Shown piece by piece: positions 45,156 through 55,266 of a stretch of 64,000 bases of DNA. The stretch is from positions 128,001-192,000 of the forward strand of contig OZ250165.1 of assembly GCA_965238005.1 (NCBI GenBank), given 5' to 3'. A model generated the notes under the pieces. It did not search any database and was not told where the DNA came from. It saw only the letters and a program-made list of their open reading frames with translations. Position numbers and translations under genes: made by a program. Each line of letters opens with the position of its first letter. Positions within the stretch are counted from its first letter, which is position 1. Origin of the DNA: Longimicrobiales bacterium. Its GTDB lineage: Bacteria > Gemmatimonadota > Gemmatimonadetes > Longimicrobiales > Gaopeijiaceae.

Positions 45156-46168
45156 CAATCCTCGTCCTCGTCCCCCTCGTCCTCTTGGATGGCTTCCCGC
45201 GTGCGCTCCCAAAGGCCCTCCAGGAGATCCGTGAGTCCGGATTGGGCTACGGATGATATCACCAAGGTCGCCCACGCTTCGGGGGCGTCGATCTCGGGCG
45301 GCGAATCTTCCGGGCCCAGGAGGTCGGCCTTGGTGAGCACCACGCAGTGCGGCCGTGCACCCAATTCCGCGGAGTATGCCGCCAGCTCGTCCCGCAGCTC
45401 CCTGTACTCGGCCTGAGGGTCCCGCGAATCCACGGGAATCAACAACGCCAGCGTTCGCGTCCGCTCGATGTGGCGTAGGAACTGGAGCCCCAGACCCTTG
45501 CCCTCGTGCGCCCCGTCGATGATCCCAGGAATGTCGGTGATGGCAAAGGTGCGGAAGTCCGAAAGCTCTACCACTCCGAGGTTCGGCTCCAGGGTCGTGA
45601 AGGGATAGTCCGCCACTTTGGGGCGTGCCCTGGATATCGTTGCCAGCAGCGTCGACTTGCCGGCGTTGGGCTCACCTACGAGGCCGACATCGGCGATCAG
45701 TTTGAGCTCCAGCTCGACCCGACGCTCCTCTCCCTGCTCGCCCGGTTCCCAGCGGACGGGCGTCTGGTTCGTCGGCGTGGTGAAGTGGACGTTGCCCCGG
45801 CCCCCTCGCCCCCCTCGAGCCACCACGAGCCGGTCCTCGGCTTTCAGGAGCTCACCGAGGACCTCCTGCGTATCGGCGTCCTTCAGCACCGTTCCCGGCG
45901 GCACCCGGATGATGAGGTCCGTGCCGCTCTTGCCTGTCTTGTTCTTCCCCGAGCCGTGGAGACCCCGCTCGGCCCGGTGGTGCTGGCGGTAGCGGAGGTC
46001 CAGCAGCGTGGTGAGCTGCGGATCGGCCACCATGACCACGTCCCCCCCGTGGCCGCCGTCCCCACCGGCGGGTCCACCTCGGGGTACGCCCTTCTCACGA
46101 CGGTACGCTTCGGATCCGGCGCCTCCCGCTCCTCCGTACACGCTGATGACGGTCCTGTCGACGAACAT
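45143..46168 (-). CDS. obgE: GTPase ObgE/CgtA
   Basis: MFVD start, Gly-rich Obg fold, GEPNAGKST, YPFTTL, DIPG, FLRHIER. Confidence 0.97.
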   Translation of the reverse strand: MFVDRTVISVYGGAGGAGSEAYRREKGVPRGGPAGGDGGHGGDVVMVADPQLTTLLDLRYRQHHRAERGLHGSGKNKTGKSGTDLIIRVPPGTVLKDADTQEVLGELLKAEDRLVVARGGRGGRGNVHFTTPTNQTPVRWEPGEQGEERRVELELKLIADVGLVGEPNAGKSTLLATISRARPKVADYPFTTLEPNLGVVELSDFRTFAITDIPGIIDGAHEGKGLGLQFLRHIERTRTLALLIPVDSRDPQAEYRELRDELAAYSAELGARPHCVVLTKADLLGPEDSPPEIDAPEAWATLVISSVAQSGLTDLLEGLWERTREAIQEDEGDEDEDWWTP

Positions 46169-46770
46169 CAGGCGACGTGCCTTTCCTGGACTTTCTCCCA
46201 CACCTTCATCGACGCGCGGCGCCCGTCCTCGTCCAGGTAGGGGTCGGCCTGAGCCAAGGCCTCTTCGACGTCCGACGCATCGGCTCCGACGTTCAGCGCT
46301 CCGCGGAGGTGGGAGTAGAGCTGCTTCGGGGCTTCCAGCACGGCCAGGCTCGCAACGATGCACAGCTCTCGGATCGTCAGAGGCAGCCCCGGCCTTCCAA
46401 GAACCTTGCCGTACCCTTCCACCACCATCCACTGCTCGAGGTCCGGGTGCAGGGCCCGAACGGTCTCGCGCAGCTTCTCGTACTGGCCCGCGTACACCGA
46501 GCCGCAGACTTCGTGGCCCCGGTCCTCCCATCCAAGCCAGTCCGGCTCCTGGGGCGCCGACGGCACCGTGTCGGAAAACCGGCGCCACGCGGCCATGCCG
46601 TTCAGGGATGCCGGGAATCCGAGAAAGAGGTAGGACTGGAGGAGCACCTCCTCTACCTGGCGGCTGTCGGCCACCCCACGAGCCCCTTCGAAGGCGGACC
46701 TCAGGGCTGCCTTGCCTCTGGAAGCGAGGGCCGCGCTAATGCGGACCAGAGACCGCTCACCATCCGTCAT
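46168..46770 (-). CDS. Carboxymuconolactone decarboxylase/AhpD-like family protein
   Basis: Two CMD-like repeats: EVLLQSYLFLGFP; YGKVLGRPGL...REL; HLRGALNVGA. Confidence 0.8.
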   Translation of the reverse strand: MTDGERSLVRISAALASRGKAALRSAFEGARGVADSRQVEEVLLQSYLFLGFPASLNGMAAWRRFSDTVPSAPQEPDWLGWEDRGHEVCGSVYAGQYEKLRETVRALHPDLEQWMVVEGYGKVLGRPGLPLTIRELCIVASLAVLEAPKQLYSHLRGALNVGADASDVEEALAQADPYLDEDGRRASMKVWEKVQERHVA

Positions 46771-47753
46771 CCGTGCCGCTCCAGCTCGAACTCCGGTCGG
46801 ATGTCGCCCACCTCCACTCCTCGGCTGCTGATCGTGGGCGGTGCGCGGAAGCGATCCAGCTCCCCGCTCTCGATCCCGTCGAGCACGCCCAGCTTCCTCA
46901 GGATGTGAAGGACCGCCACGGGACTGGCCCTACTGCCGCCATCCTCCACCTTCACGGCCAGCCCGAACGATCCGTCGGTGGCACCCACCCCGAACACTCC
47001 CTCGGCTCCCGTCTTGCCGAACACGCGGTCTCCAACCGCCTCACCAAGAGCCGTCCCGAAGCGGCCCGTGCCGGCGACCATGCACGGGTGGGCGGTCATA
47101 GCTCGCACGATCTCTCTCGGCGGCCCCTCCGTACCCCCCAACCTCGCGAAGCCGGAAGCAAGTCGCGAGATAGGGGTGGCAAAGCAGACTACCCCACACC
47201 CGTCCTGCCCAGGTCCGATCTCGCCTTCGGCGAGTCCCGTCCATAGAGCGATCTCGGCGAGCATCCTCCTCTGCACCGGGTGGTCAGGACCGATGTATCC
47301 CTTAGTGGGCCAGCAATGAGTCTTGGCCAGAGCCAACATGCCGGCGTGCTTTCCGGAGCAGTTGTTGTGGATCGGCCTCGGCTCCTCACCGGCGCGTAGG
47401 AGCTGGTGCGCCGCACGTTCGTCCCACGGAAGATGCGGGCCACACTCCAGATCCCCCTCCACTAGGCCCGCTTTCTCCAAGATGGATCGAGCCGCTTCAA
47501 TGTGCTCCGGCTCGCTGTTGTGGGAAGCGCAACAGAGTGCCAGCTCCTCCGTCGTGAGCCCGAATCGCTCCACGACCCCGTCTTCCACCAGAGGCACGGC
47601 CTGGAAGGGTTTCGCGGCGGACCGGTAGACGACGACATGCTCGGGATCTCCGACGCTGGCCGTCAGGCGACCGTCTCCGTCGACGACGGCGGCATGCACC
47701 CGATGGACCGCTTCGACGATTCCGCCGCGGCGAGCCACCACCACGGAGCTCAT
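46767..47753 (-). CDS. L-asparaginase II family protein
   Basis: RSAAKPFQA, CASH, HNNCSGKHAGML, DGCG, KTGAEG. Confidence 0.9.
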   Translation of the reverse strand: MSSVVVARRGGIVEAVHRVHAAVVDGDGRLTASVGDPEHVVVYRSAAKPFQAVPLVEDGVVERFGLTTEELALCCASHNSEPEHIEAARSILEKAGLVEGDLECGPHLPWDERAAHQLLRAGEEPRPIHNNCSGKHAGMLALAKTHCWPTKGYIGPDHPVQRRMLAEIALWTGLAEGEIGPGQDGCGVVCFATPISRLASGFARLGGTEGPPREIVRAMTAHPCMVAGTGRFGTALGEAVGDRVFGKTGAEGVFGVGATDGSFGLAVKVEDGGSRASPVAVLHILRKLGVLDGIESGELDRFRAPPTISSRGVEVGDIRPEFELERHG

Positions 47754-47929
47754 GGTCGGCGTACCTCGCGATGGCACGGAACGTGGAGAACGAGCATCTA
47801 CTCTACCGGATGGGTCGGGGCCCTCGAAGGGCTCGATGGGTCGGCACAGGCCGACTCCACACCCCGAACGCGCTTAGGATGATCGGTGGCACGGTGGGGA
47901 TCAAGGTGCGGGGTGAACCGCGGCCACTA

Positions 47930-48115
47930 CTAGTGTTCCGTTGCCAAGGTTCGCGAGCCACCAAGAGGATCGGGGCGCCGTGGGATCAAGGCGGGACGAC
48001 GCGGCGTAGCGCAAGCGGGCACCGCGCGAAGCGTGGTCGTAAGGAGTCCCAACGCCGAGCCGACGGATGCACCGTGCCCTCGACTGGCCGAGACACTTTG
48101 GCAACGGGACACTAA
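47930..48115. mobile_element. 186-bp MITE-like repeat, copy 3
   Basis: CTAG...CTAA ends, about 11 substitutions versus copy 1; 1 nt after the S41 peptidase stop. Confidence 0.85.
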
Positions 48116-48116
48116 G

Positions 48117-49799
48117 TCAGTTCGAGCCCGAAGCCCCGGACGGCACCGCTTCCGCAGCAGTCTCGCTGTCGGGACCCTGGGAGTCACCGGCCGCGCGGAA
48201 CAGCGTCTGTGGCGACTCGGAGCTCTGGAGAAGCTCGATAGCCTTGTTGAGCTGAACGTCCTCGTCCCGGATCTGCCGGAAGGCGTCCTCCCTGTCCCAC
48301 GCCTGCACGGCGATCTGTTTCTCGAGCTGATACATGACGAAGCGACTGGCCGTCTCATAGTCGGCCCGTTCTAGCTCAACCTCGTGCTCGTCCACCAGAT
48401 AGCGGTAAAAGCGATCCAGGTCGGAGGCAGACGGGGTGAAGCCGATCTGCAGGTCGGGATGCTCCTGCACGTAGCTCACGGCGAAGTTGAAGAGCGCGGT
48501 AGCAAAAACCCCCGCGGAGCGGAAGACCCGCTGAACCGCAGCCTGCTCGGCGAGCGTCAGCGTGTCGGGCAACACGGTCAGATCGGGTGTGATGCCCCCA
48601 CCGGCGTAGAGAGTCCGCCCTCCCATGGACTGGGCCGTAGGTCGTCCCTCCGGATTATCCTTCAGCACCCGCTGGCCATCGCGGCCCAGGGTCGAGCTCT
48701 GAGGCGCCCGAGAAGCCTCCTGCTCCTCACGGGTCATGTGGATGGACCGGCCCATCGGTGTATACCACCGAGCCGTGGTCAGCCGGAGGATGTTGCCCCC
48801 GCTGAGACGGTAGAGGGTCTGTACCGAGCCCTTGCCATAGCTCCGGCTGCCGATGACGAGGGCCCGATCGTGGTCCTGCAGCGCACCTGCCACGATCTCC
48901 GAGGAGCTGGCGCTGTTCTGGTTCACCATGACGACCACGGGAAGGCCCGGGAGCAACTCCGGCCTCACGGCGGCGTAGCGCTGGTTCTGCCCGGCGGCGC
49001 GTCCCCTCGTCTCCAGGATGGCAGCCGAATTGGGCAGGAACATGTCGGCGACGGCCACACCCTCGTCCAACAGCCCACCCGGATTGTTCCTGAGATCCAA
49101 GATGACAGAGGTCATCCCTTGAGCCTGGAGGCTCTCGATCGCCTCCCGCATCTCGCGACCCGAGGTCTCGCTGAACACCTGAAGCGGGATGTAGCCCACG
49201 CCATCGTCCACCATCAGCGAGAAGGGCACGGACAGGAGCTCGATGACGTCCCGGGTGAGCTTGAATGGGATGGCCTCATCGACGCCGGGACGGCGGATCA
49301 TCATCTCCACCTCGGTCCCAGGGGTACCGCGCAGCCGGTCGGCGGCTCGATCGGTCTCCCAGTCCTCTGCCGACTCGCCCTCGACCTCGACGATCTGATC
49401 GCCGGCGCGTATGCCGGCTCGAATGGCCGGCCCGCCGGGCAGCGGTGTGATGACGGTCACCCAGCCGTCCCTCTTCGAGATCTCGAGGCCCACGCCTCCG
49501 TAGTCGGCGTCGGCGCCGCTCCGGAAGCGGAAGCTCTCCCATGTCGCGGCATCGATGAACGACGTGTGGGGGTCGCCCAGGTCTTCCAGAACACCCTCGA
49601 TGGCGGACTCGATGAGGCCGGACCGATCCACGGGATCGACGAACTGCTCCGAGATGTGCTCGATGACCTCCCGGAACAGCCTCGCCTGCACGTAGACGTT
49701 GGCCTCCTGTCCCACGCCGCGCTGGAGGAACCACCCCCCCGTGACGAGGGCGATGGCCAGCACGACCGCCGGGCCAAGGATCGATCTGGGATCTCTCAT
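48117..49799 (-). CDS. ctpA: Carboxyl-terminal processing protease, S41A family
   Basis: N-terminal TM, DPHT, PDZ, DLRNNPGG, SASSSEIVAGALQD, GKGSVQ. Confidence 0.92.
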   Translation of the reverse strand: MRDPRSILGPAVVLAIALVTGGWFLQRGVGQEANVYVQARLFREVIEHISEQFVDPVDRSGLIESAIEGVLEDLGDPHTSFIDAATWESFRFRSGADADYGGVGLEISKRDGWVTVITPLPGGPAIRAGIRAGDQIVEVEGESAEDWETDRAADRLRGTPGTEVEMMIRRPGVDEAIPFKLTRDVIELLSVPFSLMVDDGVGYIPLQVFSETSGREMREAIESLQAQGMTSVILDLRNNPGGLLDEGVAVADMFLPNSAAILETRGRAAGQNQRYAAVRPELLPGLPVVVMVNQNSASSSEIVAGALQDHDRALVIGSRSYGKGSVQTLYRLSGGNILRLTTARWYTPMGRSIHMTREEQEASRAPQSSTLGRDGQRVLKDNPEGRPTAQSMGGRTLYAGGGITPDLTVLPDTLTLAEQAAVQRVFRSAGVFATALFNFAVSYVQEHPDLQIGFTPSASDLDRFYRYLVDEHEVELERADYETASRFVMYQLEKQIAVQAWDREDAFRQIRDEDVQLNKAIELLQSSESPQTLFRAAGDSQGPDSETAAEAVPSGASGSN

Positions 49800-49843
49800 C
49801 TCTGCTCCAACCCATGAGTCCTTCCGCTCACCTTCCAAGAAAA

Positions 49844-50512
49844 CTACTCCTCAAGCAGGGCGAAAGTTGCGGGCATCTCACGGTGAAGCGCAGCCCTCAC
49901 CCGAGTGTGCACCTCATCGGCCGTCCCGCGGGCGTCGATGAGGTGCGCCCGCCCGTCGCTCTCCACGAGCTCGTGATACCCCGCTCGAACCGCCTCCAGG
50001 AAGTCATTCCCGGCAAGCTCGAGGCGATCGTCCTCGTTGCCGCCGGCCTTCTGCCTGGCTCTGCCCGCTTCCACCGGGAGGTCGAACACGAGGTAGAGAT
50101 CGGGGACGAGGCCATCCGTGGCGAAGCGGTCCAGGCGGCGCACCTCTTCCAGGTCCAGCCCCCTCCCATACCCCTGATACGCGTACGTGGACATAGAGAA
50201 CCGGTCGGCGATGAAGAGCTCGCCGCGCTCGAGCACCGGACGGACGATCTCACACACGAAAGCGGCCCTCGCCGCCAGATAGAGCAGGAGCTCGGCCTCG
50301 CGGGGTACCGTGAGATCGGGGCGGCCTTGCACCACGTGCCGGATCGCCTCGCCCACCTCGGTGCCTCCCGGCTCCCGGGCAAGCGTGAACCTCACACCGC
50401 ACGACTCCAGCCACTCGACCAGGAGGCGGGCCTGTGTGGTCTTCCCGGCCCCCTCCACGCCCTCCAGCACCAGAAAGGGCCCGCGCTCGGGTGGGTCTAC
50501 CGATGGCGACAC
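49844..50512 (-). CDS. tmk: Thymidylate kinase
   Basis: EGVEGAGKTT, REPGGT, DRF..ST.AYQGYGR. Confidence 0.96.
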   Translation of the reverse strand: MSPSVDPPERGPFLVLEGVEGAGKTTQARLLVEWLESCGVRFTLAREPGGTEVGEAIRHVVQGRPDLTVPREAELLLYLAARAAFVCEIVRPVLERGELFIADRFSMSTYAYQGYGRGLDLEEVRRLDRFATDGLVPDLYLVFDLPVEAGRARQKAGGNEDDRLELAGNDFLEAVRAGYHELVESDGRAHLIDARGTADEVHTRVRAALHREMPATFALLEE

Positions 50513-50533
50513 GTCGTCAGTCCGTTCCCTTGG

Positions 50534-51847
50534 CTACTCATAGCACTCGCGACCCAGGTGCGTGATCTGCTCTTCCCCGGAGAGCCACCGGAGCGTGTTC
50601 TTCAGCTTCCAGTGCTGGATGAACAGATCGTGCTCGGGGTAGAGGCCCGGAGCGCACTGGGGGCTCTTGAAGTAGAAGGAGAGCCACTCCTGGATGCCCC
50701 CCAGCCCAGCCCGCCCCGCAAGGTCCATGAACAAGGCCAGATCCAGGACGATGGGCGCCGCCAGGATGGAGTCCTTGCAGAGGAAGTTGACCTTGATCTG
50801 CATGGGATAGCCCAGCCATCCGAAGATGTCGATGTTGTCCCACCCCTCCTTGTCGTCCCCGCGGGGCGGATAGTAGTTGATCCGTACCTTGTGGTAGATG
50901 TCGCCGTAGAGGTCCGGGTAGAGGGCGGGCTGCAGGATGTGGTCGATGACGCCCAGCTTCGACGCTTCCTTCGTCTTGAAGCTGGCCGGGTCATCCAAGA
51001 CGGCCCCGTCGCGGTTCCCGAGTATGTTGGTGCTGAACCAACCCCTGATCCCTAGCATGCGCGCCTTGAATCCGGGGGCCAGGATGGTCTTCATGAGAGT
51101 CTGGCCCGTCTTGAAGTCCTTCCCCCCGATGGGGATGGCGTTCTCCTTGGAGTAGCTCTCGAAGGCAGGGAAGTCCGCAGACAGGTTCGGAGCGCCGTTG
51201 GCGTAGGGAATCCCCTCCATGAGTGCCGCGTACGCGTACAGCATGCTCGGAGCAATGGAGGGGTCGTTCTCCTCCATGGCCTTCTCGAAGGACTCCATCG
51301 TCTCGTGTGTCGGTCCCGGGCGGAGAAAAATCTCCGTGGACCCGCACCAGACCATGACCAGCCGGTCGCAGCCGTTCTCTTCCTTGAAGTTCCTGATGTC
51401 CTCGCGGATCTGCTCCGCGATCTCCCGCTTGTTGGCTCCAGTCTTCTTGTTGGATCCGTCCAGTCGGGTCACATACTCGGGGTCGAAGGCCGCTGGCATG
51501 GGCTTGATGGCGGCGAGCTCGTCCTTGATGGGATCGAAGTGCTCCGATCTCAGCACCCCAGCATTCACGGCGCTCTCGTAGGCGTTGTCCGGGATGGGAT
51601 CCCACCCGCCGAAGACGATCTGATCCAGCTCCGCCAGACCGATGAAGTCCTTGATCAGCGGAGTGCGGTCGTCGATACGCTGGCCCAGCCGGATGGCGTT
51701 CATCTGGGTGAGGCTTCCGATGGGCTTGGCCAGACCCTTCCGGGCGAGCAGGACGCCCGCGATGGTGGTGGTGGCCACGGCTCCCATGCCCGGAAGCAGG
51801 ACCCCCAAGCGCCCTTCAGCGGACCGAATCTCAGGACGTTCGTTCAC
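50534..51847 (-). CDS. ino1: myo-Inositol-1-phosphate synthase
   Basis: GMGAVATT, VFGGWD, GKDFKTGQT, STNILGNRDG, DSILAAP..LDL, SFYFKSP. Confidence 0.93.
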   Translation of the reverse strand: MNERPEIRSAEGRLGVLLPGMGAVATTTIAGVLLARKGLAKPIGSLTQMNAIRLGQRIDDRTPLIKDFIGLAELDQIVFGGWDPIPDNAYESAVNAGVLRSEHFDPIKDELAAIKPMPAAFDPEYVTRLDGSNKKTGANKREIAEQIREDIRNFKEENGCDRLVMVWCGSTEIFLRPGPTHETMESFEKAMEENDPSIAPSMLYAYAALMEGIPYANGAPNLSADFPAFESYSKENAIPIGGKDFKTGQTLMKTILAPGFKARMLGIRGWFSTNILGNRDGAVLDDPASFKTKEASKLGVIDHILQPALYPDLYGDIYHKVRINYYPPRGDDKEGWDNIDIFGWLGYPMQIKVNFLCKDSILAAPIVLDLALFMDLAGRAGLGGIQEWLSFYFKSPQCAPGLYPEHDLFIQHWKLKNTLRWLSGEEQITHLGRECYE

Positions 51848-51878
51848 TTGTATCTCCTTCGTTCGCGATTCGGGCTCC

Positions 51879-52511
51879 TCACTCGTCCAGGGGCACGCCC
51901 GCCGCTTGTTTGTAGACCCAAAGAATCCTTCTGACCACCGTGTAATTGGTGAGAACGGCGAAGATTACGATCACCCCGCTGATGACGAGACCATCCCAGC
52001 TGAGGCCGAAGATCAGCGATCCAACGCCTAGGAGGACCACCCGCTCGGCCCTCTGCATGAGCCCGACTGAGCAGTCGAGGCCCAGCGTCTCGGCCTTGGC
52101 TCGCGTGTAGCTGATCATGAGAGAGCCCGCCATGGCCAGAGCGATCAGGTAGATCATGCCGATGTTCAGGAGGGACATCTCGTATTGGTTGTAAAGCGAG
52201 ATGAGGCCGATGTAGATGACTACCTCGCTGATCCTGTCGAGCACCGAGTCGTAGAACGCGCCGAACTTGGACTGGAGCCCCGACTCGCGGGCGACCCGTC
52301 CGTCGAAGATGTCGTGGGCACCCCCAAGGAGGACGAAGAGCCCCGCCGTGCGCACATGATCGGTCCCGTAGAGGAACCCCGCGAACACCGTCACCACGAA
52401 CCCGCTGGTGGTGATGAGGTTCGGATGCACGCGCTTCCTCACCAGCCACCGCGTGAGCGGATCGATGATCGGGTAGACCCGATCGCGGAGGTCGTCTAGG
52501 TTCTTTCCCAT
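51879..52511 (-). CDS. CDP-alcohol phosphatidyltransferase, PIP-synthase-like
   Basis: PNLIT, DIFDGRVAR..FGAFYDSVLDR signature, SYTRAKAE, GLMQRAER. Confidence 0.88.
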   Translation of the reverse strand: MGKNLDDLRDRVYPIIDPLTRWLVRKRVHPNLITTSGFVVTVFAGFLYGTDHVRTAGLFVLLGGAHDIFDGRVARESGLQSKFGAFYDSVLDRISEVVIYIGLISLYNQYEMSLLNIGMIYLIALAMAGSLMISYTRAKAETLGLDCSVGLMQRAERVVLLGVGSLIFGLSWDGLVISGVIVIFAVLTNYTVVRRILWVYKQAAGVPLDE

Positions 52512-52528
52512 GTCCGCCTGGCCGCCTT

Positions 52529-52885
52529 CTACGGCATGATGATCCGGCTCTCGGCGCCCTCGACGATCCCTTCCTGGATCGTCTGATTCACCTTGAGCAG
52601 AATCTTATCGAAGTTCGCCTGAGCCGAGACGAGTTGCTGATAGGTGGAGCTCGCCTGGAGTCGGCCTACGGCGTCTTCATAGCTCGACTTGAGCTCGTCA
52701 TCCGGCTCGCTCCCGGCCTGGAGCGCCTTTTCGATCCGACGCTCGAGGCTTTCCAGCTCCGTACGCAGCTCGGCCATTTCCCGATCGTCGTCGGTCGATG
52801 CGACGACGACTTTGAGGATCTGATACTCGTCGGTCCGAGCAAGGGCCCTGCCCATGTCCTTGGCCATCTCCATCATGCGCGACAT
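52529..52885 (-). CDS. YlbF/YmcA/YheA-like helical protein
   Basis: A..MGRAL..T.EY start, helical hairpin, A...F..IL..VN..I end. Confidence 0.65.
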   Translation of the reverse strand: MSRMMEMAKDMGRALARTDEYQILKVVVASTDDDREMAELRTELESLERRIEKALQAGSEPDDELKSSYEDAVGRLQASSTYQQLVSAQANFDKILLKVNQTIQEGIVEGAESRIIMP

Positions 52886-52936
52886 TTGCTTCCTGCCTCT
52901 GTGGTCCAGACCCCGCGTCTGGACTCGGGGGTTGTT

Positions 52937-53857
52937 TCATTCTCGGGTCCGTTCGGCCATCACGACTCGCGGGCGGCCACTCAGATCTCGTCGGACCCGG
53001 GCCGGGCCGAATGCACCCGTCTCCTCGATCAACTCGACCACGCGGGACGCCTGTCCCGTCCCTATCTCCAGGGCCAGGAGCCCACCGGGCAGCACCCGCT
53101 CAGCGGCGCGGGCTACCAGAGGCCGGATCACGTCGAGCCCGTCCGCCCCCGCGAACAGGGCTTCGGCCGGCTCCCACTCGCTGACTTCGGGCTCGAGGTC
53201 CGGCCTCTGTCCCTCTTCCACGTAGGGGGGGTTCGAAACGACGACATCGAATCGCTCCTCCGCCCGGAGGGCCTCGAACAACCCTCCTTGGCGGAACTCC
53301 ACCTTCTCGGCGGCACCGTGCCGTCGGGCGTTCTCCGCCGCAACCTCGAGCGCATCCGGCGAAACGTCCGTGGCAACGACACGGCCGCAGGGTCTCTCCA
53401 CAGCCAGCGACAGGGCGATCGCGCCGCTCCCGGTTCCTACGTCCAGCACGATCCCCAGGCCTTCCGGCCGGTCGGCCGCCCAGCCCAGAACCTCTTCCAC
53501 CAACACCTCGGTCTCGGGACGAGGAACCAGAACCCGCCCGTCGGTCACCAGCTCCAGCTCCCGGAAGGCCGTCCGACCGAGAATGTACTGTAGTGGCTCC
53601 CGGCCGGCCCGGCGACGGAGTAACGGCTTGAACGCTTCCCGCTCCTCCCGGCTCAGCGACCGGTCGTACTGCAAGTACAGCTGAAGGCGGTCGACCTCGA
53701 GCGCGTCCGCCAGCAGCCACTCCGCATCCAGCCGCCCGTTCTCGACACCCTTTTCGGTAAGGTAGTCGGCGCTCCACAGGATCATCCGGAGAATCGTCCA
53801 CGCCTCTTCGGGACCAGCATTCTCCCTGATACGTGCGGCTCCTTCGGCGGCGCTCAC
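52937..53857 (-). CDS. prmC: Release factor glutamine methyltransferase
   Basis: [32 protein letters not shown]. Confidence 0.96.
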   Translation of the reverse strand: MSAAEGAARIRENAGPEEAWTILRMILWSADYLTEKGVENGRLDAEWLLADALEVDRLQLYLQYDRSLSREEREAFKPLLRRRAGREPLQYILGRTAFRELELVTDGRVLVPRPETEVLVEEVLGWAADRPEGLGIVLDVGTGSGAIALSLAVERPCGRVVATDVSPDALEVAAENARRHGAAEKVEFRQGGLFEALRAEERFDVVVSNPPYVEEGQRPDLEPEVSEWEPAEALFAGADGLDVIRPLVARAAERVLPGGLLALEIGTGQASRVVELIEETGAFGPARVRRDLSGRPRVVMAERTRE

Positions 53858-54954
53858 TCCGCGACGCCTCGGAGGCGCTCTTCCCGATCGGCGAGCCGTA
53901 GCGCCGCGATCAGCTCGCTCAAGTCGCCGTCCAGTACCTGGTCCAGGGTGTGGAGGGAGAGCTTGATCCGGTGATCCGTCACGCGGCTCTGGGGGAAGTT
54001 GTACGTGCGGATCTTCGCGGATCGGTCCCCGGTGCCCACTTGAGTCCGCCTCTCCCGTGATCTTTCCGCCTCTTGCTCTGCGATCTTCTGGTCCAGCAGA
54101 CGGCTCCGGAGAACCTTGAGCGCCTTCGCCTTGTTCTTGTGCTGGGACTTCTCATCCTGACACGAGACGACCAGCCCCGAAGGCACGTGCGTGATGCGCA
54201 CCGCCGAATCCGTGGTGTTCACGGACTGGCCCCCTGGTCCCGAGGAGCGGAAGACGTCGATCCGTAGGTCCTTTGGATCGATGTCCAGATCGACCTCGTC
54301 GGCCTCCGGCAGCACGGCCACTGTCGCCGCCGAAGTGTGGATCCTGCCCTGGCTCTCCGTTTCCGGGACGCGCTGCACCCGATGTACGCCCGACTCGTAT
54401 CGGAGGCGGCCGTAGACGCCCTTCCCTCGGACCGTGAAGATGGCCTCCTTGATCGAGCCCGGAATGCCCTCGGAAAGACTCATGAGCTCGATGCTCCAGC
54501 CCTCGCGCTCCGCCGCCCTCTGGTACATGCGGAACAGGTCGTGGGCGAAGAGCCCGGCTTCGTCGCCCCCGGTGCCGGCGCGGATCTCCACGACCGCCGC
54601 ACGGTCGTCCAGGGGGTCCTTGGGGATCAGGAGCTTGCGCGCCTGGTCTCCCAAGGTCTCGATCCGCCCCTCGAGGGAAGCGATCTCGTCCTCGGCTAGG
54701 GAGCGCATCTCGGGGTCGTCGGCCTCAGAAAATAACTCCCGGGCTCCCTGGTGCTCGCCCAGGAGGCCCAGGAGTTGGTCTGCGACTTGGATCACGGGCG
54801 CAAGCTCGGCCCGCTCCTGTCCCAGCGTCCGAAGCCGATCCAGGTTCTGGATGACCTCCGGGCTGGCCAGCTCGTCGTCCAGACCGCGGAATCGCCCCTG
54901 AGCCTCACGAAGACGGTCGAGGAGCCGCTCATCGACTCCCCCGGGGTTACCCAT
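53854..54954 (-). CDS. prfA: Peptide chain release factor 1
   Basis: [14 protein letters not shown] (PxT) motif, GGQ, SQHKNK, RTYNFPQ. Confidence 0.97.
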   Translation of the reverse strand: MGNPGGVDERLLDRLREAQGRFRGLDDELASPEVIQNLDRLRTLGQERAELAPVIQVADQLLGLLGEHQGARELFSEADDPEMRSLAEDEIASLEGRIETLGDQARKLLIPKDPLDDRAAVVEIRAGTGGDEAGLFAHDLFRMYQRAAEREGWSIELMSLSEGIPGSIKEAIFTVRGKGVYGRLRYESGVHRVQRVPETESQGRIHTSAATVAVLPEADEVDLDIDPKDLRIDVFRSSGPGGQSVNTTDSAVRITHVPSGLVVSCQDEKSQHKNKAKALKVLRSRLLDQKIAEQEAERSRERRTQVGTGDRSAKIRTYNFPQSRVTDHRIKLSLHTLDQVLDGDLSELIAALRLADREERLRGVAE

Positions 54955-54978
54955 ACGCGAATCGGACCCGGTTTCGTC

Positions 54979-55185
54979 CTACTTGCTGGCCTTCTCGTAC
55001 TTCTTCTTGAACCGCTCGACCCGCCCTGCCGTATCGACCAGGCGCTGCTTGCCCGTGTAAAACGGGTGGCACACGGAGCAGATATCGGTGTGCACTTTGG
55101 CCTGGGTCGCCATGGTCTCGAACGTGTGTCCACACGCGCAGGTTACCATGGCCGGCACGTATTCGGGGTGGATACCCTCTTTCAT
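54979..55185 (-). CDS. rpmE: 50S ribosomal protein L31 (Zn-binding type)
   Basis: [31 protein letters not shown]. Confidence 0.97.
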   Translation of the reverse strand: MKEGIHPEYVPAMVTCACGHTFETMATQAKVHTDICSVCHPFYTGKQRLVDTAGRVERFKKKYEKASK

Positions 55186-55202
55186 GATCCATCTCCGGTA
55201 TT

Positions 55203-55266
55203 CAACAGAAAAGCGGGCCGGGGATCCCCGGCGAGAACGCCTCGCGGGAATCCGCGCCCGCTCTTT
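55203..55266 (-). promoter_or_regulatory. Long hairpin plus U tract upstream of rpmE (leader/attenuator or terminator)
   Basis: Nested stems AAAGAGCGGGC/GCCCGCTTTT, GGATTCCC/GGGGATCC, GCGAG/CTCGC; ends TTTTCTGTT. Confidence 0.55.
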
